Assembly (NCBI GenBank): GCA_950097015.1
Contig: CATNEN010000039.1
Location: 7,874,001-7,938,000 of the forward strand
DNA from: Macrostomum hystrix
Lineage: Eukaryota; Animalia; Platyhelminthes
Reading direction: 5' to 3'
DNA length: 64,000 bases
Notes under the pieces: model-generated
The model's input: the letters and a program-made list of their open reading frames with translations, nothing else
What the model was told of the DNA's origin: nothing
The model's database searches: none
Program-made: the position numbers and the translations under genes
Part shown: in pieces, positions 46,801 to 58,800 of the stretch
Layout: every line of letters begins with the position of its first letter
Numbering within the stretch: the stretch's first letter is position 1

Positions 46801-49800
46801 GACCCACAGATCAATTTGTATTGACCTACAGGTCCTGGAGGAGCAATGACCCGGGTGTCTATTGTTTATTGTTTAGACAGGTTTATTGTTGTTAGTTTCT
46901 TGCATTTATCCCTGAATCCTTGTTTCTGCAGTTGTGGAGATCTCCTACAGAATCGATGTTCAGCCCGCTAACGACGAGCCTCCAGTGATTCAGCGGCCGT
47001 GGGAGGGCGGCCTGCCGAGGCAGTTTCTGTCGTCTCTGTACCAGCAGATGAACACGAAGGCGGGATCGACCGTGCGACCCTCTGGCGCCATGTCCCAATT
47101 CATCGCCGTGGACGCCGACGCCGACGCAAAATTGTCTTTCGCGCTGGCTCCGGGAACGGAAGCCCTGGCTGAGGGTCGGTTCCGTATTGTGTCAAATCTG
47201 GGATATCTTGTTACCGTTGGCAACGATCCGTTCCCATCTGGGAAGACCTATCAGCTGTCTGTACAGGTATGCGTTCTTGACAGATTGCTGACAAAATTAG
47301 GTCTGTGATCTCAGATTTGGGATCTGTGTTATAGGCTTTGGAATCTGGGTAAGGATCGATCTAGAAGCTTTGAGAATAGATCTAGAAGATCTATATCTGG
47401 ATTTAGATCTTAGTTGTGATTTGGGATCTGGGTTATGGGATCTGGGTTTTGGGATCTGGGTTATGGGATCTGGGTTATGGGATCTGGGTTATGGGATCTG
47501 GGTTATGGGATCTGGGTTATGGTATCTGTGTTATTGCATTTTGAATCTGGGTTTTGGGATCGGGGTTATGGGATTTGGGATCTGAGTTTTGGGAAATGGG
47601 TTATGGGATATGGGTTATGGGATTTGGGATCTGGGTTATGGGATATGGCATCTGGGTTTTATGGGATATGGGATCTGGGTTATGGGATATGGGATCAGGG
47701 TTATAGGATATGGGTTATGGAACTTAAAAGATTTGGGATCTGGGTTATGGGATTAAAGATTCGGGATATTTGACTTGGATATCGGATCAGGAAAATAGTT
47801 GAAGGTCTGGCTAATAGACTAGGTGTTCCAAGACACGATGTTTATTAAATGAAATGAGGCTCGTAGAATATTTTATTTTAAATAGGATTTATGTAAACAT
47901 ATTGCCAGTAATGGAACTTTGTGTGTCTGAGGTATGGAATCTGAGATATAAATCCTCTAATTTTACTTGCGATTTGGGATTGAAGATATATTATTTAGAA
48001 TACGTTTTTTGGGGTGGCAGCTTGTTATTTACGCCATCGCCTCAAACTTTGCAAAGGTTGTGGACTCAAACGCGGACCGCACTACGGCCATCGGCTGGCA
48101 GAATCGTTACGGCTACGCGCCTATTTCGGTCAGCGTGAATTATCAGAATCCTCAGCTAGCCGGCGATCCCGTCATCCTTGGCTTCCCGGAGACTGCCCTT
48201 GCTGGCCAGGTGGCTGGTGTTGTCCGCTGCGTCAGCGTCAACAACATCTGGTCCACAGTGAGGCTGACCTCAGCTGATATGGCAGGCCTGCCGTTCACTC
48301 TGTCAGCCGAGACTGGCGCCCTGACGCTAACCTCATCACAGGACTATGACAATCCCAGCACCGAGAAACAGTGGCGCTTCAGTGTCACCTGCACTGAGAA
48401 CGGCACTCTGAGCACGTCTGCTCAGGTGGCTAATCCGGGAGATTTAACCCTATTCCCTTGATCCCAGATCCTTGATCCCAGATCCTTGATCCCAGATCCT
48501 TGATCCCAGATCCTTGATCCCAGATCCTTGATCCCAGATCCTTGATCCCAGATCCTTGATCCCAGATCCTTGATCCCAGATCCTTGATCCCAGATCCTTG
48601 ATCCCAGATCCTTGATCCCAGATCCTTGATCCCAGATCCTTGATCCCAGATCCTTGATCCCAGATCCTTGATCCCAGATCCTTGATCCCAGATCCTTGAT
48701 CCCAGATCCTTGATCCCAGATCCTTGATCCCAGATCCTTGATCCCAGATCCTTGATCCCAGATCCTTGATCCCAGATCCTTGATCCCAGATCCTTGATCC
48801 CAGATCCTTGATCCCAGATCCTTGATCCCAGATCCTTGATCCCAGATCCTTGATCCCAGATCCTTGATCCCAGATCCTTGATCCCAGATCCTTGATCCCA
48901 GATCCTTGATCCCAGATCCTTGATCCCAGATCCTTGATCCCAGATCCTTGATCCCAGATCCTTGATCCCAGATCCTTGATCCCAGATCCTTGATCCCAGA
49001 TCCTTGATCCCAGATCCTTGATCCCAGATCCTTGATCCCAGATCCTTGATCCCAGATCCTTGATCCCAGATCCTTGATCCCAGATCCTTGATCCCAGATC
49101 CTTGATCCCAGATCCTTGATCCCAGATCCTTGATCCCAGATCCTTGATCCCAGATCCTTGATCCTTGATCCTTGATTCCAGATCCTTGATCCCAGATCAA
49201 GGATCTATTTCAATATTCCAGGCGATTTTTTTACTCGTGATTTTTTTCCAGGTAATTGTCAATCTCTTGGACGTGAACGATAACAGACCATATTTCGAGT
49301 TGAACTTCTACCTGCCGCCTGCCAATGTCGGCGAGGACGCGGCCTTAAATTCCACTGTGCTGAGTATACCGGCCATAGACGCTGACACAGCGCCCAATCG
49401 GCCGCAGGTCTACTCATTGTCCGGAGCGCAGAGCTCATTCTTCTACGTTGAGACAGATCCCACTACGCAGAATGCTCTTATCAAAGTGCTCAGGTGAGTT
49501 AAAATTGCCTGATTCGAGGTTTGCCTTAACTGTCTGTGTACATTGTCTAAACTAAGATTTTTTCAATACATATCGGCTATTCATTTACTCCGAAACAAAA
49601 CGATTAAAGAAATATGCTAATTTTCATTCAATGATGTTGTGTAGCCAAATATAGGGGTTGTAGCCTTGTGGTTAGAGTGTCAGACTCTCGATTTAAAGGT
49701 CGGGGGTTTGATTCCCGACACGACTGGAACCTGAAATTTGTGTTTTTTATTTAGATGCTTAACTGTGCAATGCTTCAGTTCACCCAGCTGTTAAATGGGT

Positions 49801-52800
49801 TCCAGCATCAGCTGGGTTAATTAAGGTTGGCGTGGCGTCTCCCCAGTCCATGGACTGAACAGTCGTACACAACCTTCAGATGCGCCGCGCAATGCGGCTG
49901 TGCATCCGGCCCCATTGTGGCAGGTGTAATCAATTGTTATTTCTTATTTCGCTAAGCTCCAATCACTGTGCTAAATCCTACCCACAAGAGAAGCAATATT
50001 TCTAAACATATCGGGTAGTTTACTTCCATTCCAACAAAAAAACTCTTCTAGGAAACTGGACTACGACACTCTGGATCCGAAGTCACGGCAATACGAGTTC
50101 AGCATCTCTGTAACAGACGGCCTGGGCTCAGTTGCTAGGCAAACAGCTGGCGTCATCATCCCGATTGCCAATAGAAACGACGAAGCGCCGGTGCTGGCCA
50201 ACGGAGAGGCGACATTATCAAAGACTACTCCGGTTGGCAGCGTGCTCTACCAGCTGCAGGGCCAGGACGCCGATAATTCCGACATCAGCTACTACTTTCA
50301 TAACGGTGGCCTGCGGGTTGCGTCCTATCCATTCTCTGGCGCAGCCCTGTTCACAGTGAGTTTCAATGCTTAAAATGAATAGAAAAATCATTGTTTAGTT
50401 AAGGACAGGTACATTTTTTACACAATAGGTTCCTTTAACAGTAGAACGACCTCTGAATCTCTGAATCTCTGAATCTCTGAATCTCTGAATCTCTGAATCT
50501 CTGAATCTCTGAATCTCTGAATCTCTGAACCTCTGAATCTCTGAACCTCTGAACCTCTGAACCTCTGAACCTCTGAATCTCTGAACCTCTGAACCTCTGA
50601 ATCTCTGAATCTCTGAACCTCTGAACCTCTGAACCTCTGAATCTCTGAACCTCTGAACCTCTGAATCTCTGAATCTCTGAATCTCTGACCTTGGTGCGAG
50701 AGGCGAACGCGTTAACCGCTCTGCCACTCACCCCTTTGTAGTATGTGAGTACTTGTGAATAATATGAACTGCTCTCAACATTCCCAGGTGGACACCAACA
50801 CCGGCCAGGTGAAAGTTGCTAGCAGCCTGACCGGAGTCACAATCTTCTCTTACACAATCCCAGTCATTGCGGTGGACAGCGGCACCTGTCCTGGTGGTTG
50901 TCCGACCCCAGGGCTTCCGCTAGCCAGCCAGGTGGCCAATCTCACAGTCACTATTAGCGATGCCAATTTGAATCCGCCAGTGTTCAGGGCCTGCCCAGCA
51001 ACTGCGGTTAGCTTTCAGGAGGGCCAGCCTGCTTCTAGTGTGGTCTCAACCGTTGATCTGGTTGCTACGGACGCGGACACTGGTAGCAACGGTCGAGTCG
51101 TTTACAGTTTGGTTAATAACAATATTTTTCCCAGCTATTTGTTCTTTAACATCAACCCGTCAACCGCGGCACTGAGCAGCACTCAAGTCCTGGATAGGGA
51201 AAGCACCGACCTTACTGTCTTCAATCCCAATTCTATTTGGATAACTGTCATGGCTCAGGATCAGGGTGAGTAAACAGTTTTATTTCTATTTGCACTTAAA
51301 TTGAAGATGTTTTAAGCTATTCATCAGAAAAAAAATTGTTATAACTATAAGGTTTTTCCCAATTGTCATTTCATCAGTTTGAATGTCATTCTCTCAGTTT
51401 GAATGTCATTCTCTTGAATGTCATTCTCTCAGTTTGAATGTCATTCTCTCAGTTTGAATGTCATTTCATCAGTTTGAATGTCATTCCATCAGTTTGAATG
51501 TCATTCTCTCAGTTTGAATGTCATTTCATCAGTTTGAATGTCATTCCATCAGTTTGAATGTCATTCTCTCAGTTTGAATGTCATTTCATCAGTCTGAATG
51601 TCATTTCATCAGTTTGAATGTCATTTCATCAGTTTGAATGTTTTTCCATCAGTTTGAATGTCATTTCATCAGTTTGAATGTTGTTCCATCAGTTTGAATG
51701 TTGTTCCATCAGTTTGAATGTCATTCCATCAGTTTGAATGTCATTTCATCAGTTTGAATGACATTCCATCAGTTTGAATGTCATTCCATCAGTTTGAATG
51801 TCATTCTCTCAGTTTGAATGTCATTTCATCAGTTTGAATGTCATTTCATCAGTTTGAATGTCATTTCATCAGTTTGAATGTTTTTCCATCAGTTTGAATG
51901 TCATTTCATCAGTTTGAATGTTGTTCCATCAGTTTGAATGTCATTTCATCAGTCTGAATGTCTTTCCATCAGTTTGAATGTCATTCCATCAGTCTGAATG
52001 TCATTCCATCAGTTTGAATGTTATTCCATCAGTTTGAATGTCATTCTATCAGTTTGAATGTCATTTCATCAGTTTGAATGTGATTCCATCAGTTTGAATG
52101 TCATTTCATCAGTTTGAATGTCATTTCATATGTTTGAATGTCATTTCATCAGTCTGAATGTCATTCCATCAGTTTGAATGTGATTCCATCAGTTTGAATG
52201 TCATTTCATCAGTTTAAATGTTGTTCCATCAGTTTGAATGTCATTTCATCAGTCTGAATGTCTTTCCATCAGTTTGAATGTCATTCCATCAGTTTGAATG
52301 TTGTTCCATCAGTTTGAATGTCATTTCATCAGTCTGAATGTCTTTCCATCAGTTTGAATGTCATTCCATCAGTTTGAATGTTGTTCCATCAGTTTGAATG
52401 TCATTCCATCAGTTTGAATGTCATTTCATCAGTTTGAATGTTGTTCCATCAGTTTGAATGTCATTTCATCAGTTTGAGCTAGTGTCTCTCAGTAGAGCAA
52501 TTTCCGGGTATTTGCGTCCTCCCTTTCAGACCCACTGTCTCCATCAGGTTTGTAGTTGCATTGTATTTTTAATTGAATCTGTATTCTGTTTCATTCTTCA
52601 CGCACTGATAAAACAGCCTGTGGTGTTCACTTCTTCTAGTCTAGTATTATATCTCCTAGTTAAATATTAGCTTAGATGTACTGTCTCTTAAATTGTAAGC
52701 TTCAGTTTTCACACTTTTCTATACATATCGTATTAGTTTTCAAAGTAACTTTTCTTTCGCATAAAGCTCGCAAGTATTTGCTTTAAAAAATATTTTGCAC

Positions 52801-55800
52801 ACTATTTCACTTATTTTCTATCTAAACCTTTGCTTATTTATTTTTTAAGTCACGCACAATGTCAGCAACCTAAAATCGCAAAGGATTTGGTAGGTAAACT
52901 TACTGTTTCTTTTAGATTGGCTAAAATCACTTTTAAAAAGGCGTTTTTATGTCGTATGCTTTGATTCCTATTCAAATTGTTATCTGTTTTCGCAGTGGAC
53001 GTTTTGACTATCGATAATCTTATTTAAATTTGCTTTCAAAACTTCAAATCAATGAATCGTTCGTTTTTTAATTCAACTTTTACGATTCCTAAATTTAACA
53101 GAAATTGTCACCATATGCTACTTATTTTGTCAGTAGTCGCATGTTTTACTTTAAATAAAAAGTTTCTAATTTTTTAGGCACTCCAAGCCTCAGCGCACTT
53201 TGCACCTTTCAAATCACCCTGACGGACGTGAATGACAATCCGCCGGAGTTCGATAACACTGAGTACTCCCGGGTTATCATGTACAATGACCCGATCAGCA
53301 CGGAGGTTATCCGCGTTTTCGCCTTCGATCCGGACTTTGGCAGCAATGCTCAAGTGGACTACTTTCTGCTTAACACCACCAGCTTCTTTAGGATTGTCAA
53401 AGATGCCAATACACAGGAGGGCATCATTTCAATTACAAATCAATTCACCAGCACTCCGCCTGCGGTGAGTGCTCTAGCGTGACTTTAAACTCTGGAGTCT
53501 GGATGTACATTCGCTCCTATACCAGCCCCTGCTCCCACAGACCCTCACTCAAGCTCTGGATGTACATTCGCTCCTATACCAGCCCCTGCTCCCATAGACC
53601 CTCACTCAAGCTCTGGATGTACATTCGCTCCTATACCAGCCCCTGCTCCCATAGACCCTCACTCAAGCTCTGGATGTACATTCGCTCCTATACCAGCCCC
53701 TGCTCCCATAGACCCTCACTCAAGCTCTGGATGTACATTCGCTCCTATACCAGCCCCTGCTCCCATAGACCCTCACTCAAGCTCTGGATGTACATTCGCT
53801 CCTACCAGCCCCTGCTCCCATATACCTTCACTCAAGCTCTGGATGTACATTCGCTCCTACCAGCCCCTGCTCCCATAGACCCTCACTCAAGCTCTGGATG
53901 TACTTGGACATAAGGAGCAGTCGTTTTCATTTGCAGCCGGACAACCCCATCCTGGTCGAGCTGCTGGTTGAGGCCAGAAATCCGTCGCCTTTAACCACTC
54001 CCGGCGCTGCCTGGCCCAGGGTTCTCGTCCGAGTGTTTCTGAGCAACAATCGAGACCTGCTGCCACCTGTTGTGACCCGCAACCCGGCCGGGTATCAGCT
54101 GTCAATCATGGAGAATGCCAACAGCGCCACAAATGTGTTAAACATGACCGCCAGCCTGCAATCCACCACGGCTCCGGCCAAGTTCAGCTGGAGCTTCTTG
54201 TACGGCTCTCGCCCCATCACTTTTCCTTCTAGCAGGCAGTATTTTCGATTCGCCGACTATAATGTCAGCACTCAGATCAACCAGGGCATCTTCGTTGGAT
54301 CGGATTCCGGCTATCAGTATGATGTCACACCCTACATTCTGCTGCACTTCCGTTGCGCCTCCAATGTCAAACAAGACAGAATTGGCGAGATTTACACGGA
54401 CGTGAGGCTGAACATCACCATTGTTGACACCAACAATAGGGCGCCTCTGTTCTTTGCCAGCGAGGCTGTTAAAAATGCCATCTTCCCCGAGTGCTTCAAC
54501 CAGACGCCGTCAGTCAGACAGCTGGTCACTAGGGTTGCTGCCCTAGATTCGGTAATTTGGGTTTTCGATTATCCGACTGTATCAAGCACTAATCCCTGTA
54601 TCAAGCACTAATCCCTGTATCAAGCACTAATCCGTCTGTAACAAGCACTAATCCCTGTATCAAGCACTAATCCCTGTATCAAGCACTAATCCGTCTGTAA
54701 CAAGCACTAATCCGTCCATTTCAAGCACTAATCCTTCTGTATCAAGCACTAATCCGTCTGTAACAAGCACTAATCCGTCTGTAACAAGCACTAATCCGTC
54801 CATTTCAAGCACTAATCCATCCATTTCAAGCACTAATCCTTCTGTATCAAGCACTAATCCGTCTGTATAAAGCATAAATCCGTCTGTAACAAGCACTAAT
54901 CCGTCCATTTCAAGCACTAATCCATCCATTTCAAGCACTAATCCGTCTGTAACAAGCACTAATCCGTCTTTATCAAGCACTAATCCGTCTCTATACAGCA
55001 ATAATCCTTCTATATCAAGCACTAATCCGTCTGCATCAAGCACTAATCCGTCTGTACCAAGCACTAATCCGTCTGTACCAAGCACTAATCCGTCTGTTAC
55101 CAAGCACTAATCCGTCTGTACCAAGCACTAATCCGTCTGTACCAAGCACTAATCCGTCTGCATCAAGCACTAATCCGTCTGTACCAAGCACTAATCCGTC
55201 TGTATCATGCCCTAATTCATACAGGACTCAGTGCTGGCCTTCCGTACCATCTCCTATTCCCTCGCTTCTGGCAGCGATTTCGATAAATTTGAAATTAATT
55301 CCAACACCGGCGAGTTGTTTACTCGGCCTGGCCTCGTTTTCGATCGCGAGACTCGAGCCCTGCCCTACAGCGTCACCGTCGAGGCCTTGGACCAGGCTCC
55401 GTCTGTACTGGCTGGAGTCCAACCGAATCCCAACAAGGCTACGCTGAGCATTCGAATAACATTGTCTGACGTAAACGACAACCCGCCATTGTTCAACGCT
55501 AGCAGCTTCACCATCGGCGGCATACCCGAGGACACACCGCTGGGCCGGGTGATCACCCAGGTGAGGGTTCTGCTTCTTGTTATCTCATTGTCAATATTCA
55601 TCCTATGTATGTTGAAGGATTTTTTCCATATTGTAAGACATCCCACATTGCAGAAGTGTTATCCCATATTGCACGACTGCTATCTCATATCCCAGCTTGA
55701 TTGTTATCCCAAATCCCAGTACTGTTATCCCAAATCCCAGTACTGTTATCCCAAATCCCAGAATTGTGTTCCCATATTCCAGCTTGATTGTTATCCCAAA

Positions 55801-58800
55801 TCCCAGTACTGTTATCCCATATCGCAGGACTGTTATCCCAAATACCAGAACTGTTATCCCATATTCCAGCTTGATTGTTATCCCAAATCCCAGAACTATT
55901 ATCCCATATCCCAGCTTGATTGTTATCCCAAATCCCAGAACTGTTATCCCATATCGCAGAACTTTTGTCCCATATCGCAGGACTGTTATCTCGTATGCCA
56001 AGACTTTTATCCTATACCCGGGAATTTGATCTCATTTCGCAGGGATTAAATCCCATATTGCCTGGCTGTTATCCCATATTGTAGCCGGGAACGCCGGCTG
56101 CGCTTAAACCCGCTGGATGTCCGGCCTTAACCCGCCAGTCCACCAAGGGTGGGATGTCCGGCTGTTATTCCACGCCGTCTATTAAAAGCATCTGTCCCCC
56201 GTTTCGCCCAGGTGACGGCCACGGACGCCGACCTGAACCCGATCATCCAATACCAGATTGTGAGCGGCAACACAGGCAACGCGTTTGGCGTGAAATTTGG
56301 CTCTGGCGAAGTCTACGTCGCTAGGCCTTTAGATTACGACGAAGGTCCGACTAGTTACAACCTGGAATACGTGGCATTCGACGGTTTTTTCCGCACCACA
56401 ATCTCGTTGACAATCAACCTGTTGAATGTGGTGGACTTTCGGCCCACTTTCGGCGGCTCCTACGTGCTCACGATTGCTAATGTCAGCGAGAATGCTGTCC
56501 CGGGCCCGATGCAGTACATCCTGCCCAGCAAGACCGACTTTGGCAGCCTCATTTCCTACTCTACTGCCGGCACTTTTTCTCAAGCGGGCAGTTCGCCAAG
56601 GTTTGAAATTAATCCTTCCAACGCCTTGCTGAGCTTCACCGGATCGATGAATCGGATTAACATTCTTCCCGGTCAGGATCGCTTCCGTTTTAACGTTCTG
56701 GCTGATGACCGGTGAGACACTTTATTAGTGATGGATAGGTGGAGATTTCCACCTAATGTATCTGGTACTTGGTTCTGTAAGAAGCTTTGACCCTTGCCCA
56801 TAGGCAATTTTGACAGCTGGGTCAAAACCTATCTAGACAGCTTCGACAGCTTCGATAAAAGCCCATAAACTATATTAACATTTGAGACAAAAGCCCATAG
56901 ACAATAATAACAGTTGTGACAAAAGCCCATAGACAATAATAACAGTTGTGACAAAAGCCCATAGACAATAATAACAGTTGTGACAAAAGCCCATAGACAA
57001 TAATAACAGTTGTGACAAAAGCCCATAGACAATAAAAACATTTGCGACTAAATCCCATAGACAATAATAACATTTGCGACAAAAGCCCATAGACAATAAT
57101 AAAAGTTGTGACAAAAGCCCATAGACAATAATAACAGTTGTGACAAAAGCCCATAGACAATAATAACATTTGTGACAAAAGCCCATAGACAATAATAACA
57201 GTTGTGACAAAAGCCCATAGACAATAATAACAGTTGTGACAAAAGCCCATAGAAACTTCGAAAGCTGTTATGAAAAGCCATAGACAGTTTTAATAACTGG
57301 AGACGAGTCCATAGAAAACTGCGGCAGAAACATACTGATAGAATCAACACTGCTGTGACAAGCAAACATCACGTGACTGCTTATTTCAACAATTATTCCT
57401 TTCACCCACCCGCCAATAGGCTCTCTCTACGCGGCTACTTGATCGTGGAGGTGGTCCCTATTGACGCCAACGACTACACGCCAACATTCCTGACTTCAGC
57501 GTTGAATCTCAACCTGATGGAGAACACACCCCTGAGCACTGTATTCGCCACCGTCAAGGCCTACGATCTGGATTTGAACGCGCTGACTTACAGCCTCCTT
57601 CCAGCTACTTCCGGCAGTCAGGAAGCCCCGGAGTATGTCAGCCTCGCCTCCAACGGTGACCTGCGGCCCAATAGAGTCTTCGACTTTGAGAACCCGCAGG
57701 GCAAAGCTTTGAATAATCGATTCCAGTTTCGAGTGCTGGTAAGTTCTTCTATTGTGATATTCGAAATGCATTTGCTAGGTCATCTCACCAGTCACTTTCA
57801 TGATTGGTCATCGCTAGCCACTGGTCAGATGCTGTAGCCCAGTGGTTAAAGCCTAATGAAGAAAGTTCGAGAGTTCGAATATCAGCCCACGGAAATCTAT
57901 TTATGTTCTAGAGCAAGACAACTATTTTCAGCTTGCTTCAGTAACCTAGCTGTGAAATGCCACCAGCTATCCATCTGTCCTAGGTTAAATCCGTCACGGC
58001 TGCCACTCCATTCTCAGGTGTCTGACGGCCTTAGAAACCGGAACGGCACCGTGACTGTTCACATTCGCGACGCTCCAGACAACTCGCCTACGTTTGTTGC
58101 CCAGCAACCCTCCGCCCTCGAAGTGTCGGAGGCTATCAGCGTCAATGACACGGCCGTGGTGGCGCTGGCGCAGGACATCGATGTCGGCGACACCGGTAGA
58201 CTAAGGTGCTCCCTTATCGCCGGCAGCTCCTCGTATTTTCGAGTGGCTGACGTGCCAGACATCAACGGCTGTGCGCTGATTGTCAACACCCAGTTGGACT
58301 TCGACTCACCAACTGCGATTAAAACTCACAATCTAAATGTCCAGGTGAGCTGCTTAGCATCCGCCTGGAGACTTTTTGGCATGGTTTTACACCTGGCATA
58401 TTTAATTCACGTCGTCTGACATCCTTCATTCACAGCGTCTGACATATTTCTTACACGCGTCTAGCATCCTTCTTTCACGGCATCTGACATCCTTCTTTCA
58501 CTGCATCTGACATCCTTCTTTCACGGCATCTGACATCTTTATTTCACGGCATCTGACATCCTTCATTCGTAGCATCTGACATCTTTATTTCACGGCATCT
58601 GACATCCTTCATTCGTAGCATCTGACATCTTTATTTTACAGCATCTGACATCCTTCATTCACGGCATCTGACATCCTTCTTTCACTGCATCTGACATCCT
58701 TCTTTCACGGCATCTGACATCCTTCTTTCACGGCATCTGACATCCTTCTTTCACTGCATCTGACATCCTTCTTTCACGGCATCTGACATCCTTCATTCAT

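Noticed and set aside
48430-49200. 256-aa repetitive ORF
   Set aside because: Translation of the 14-bp intronic array.
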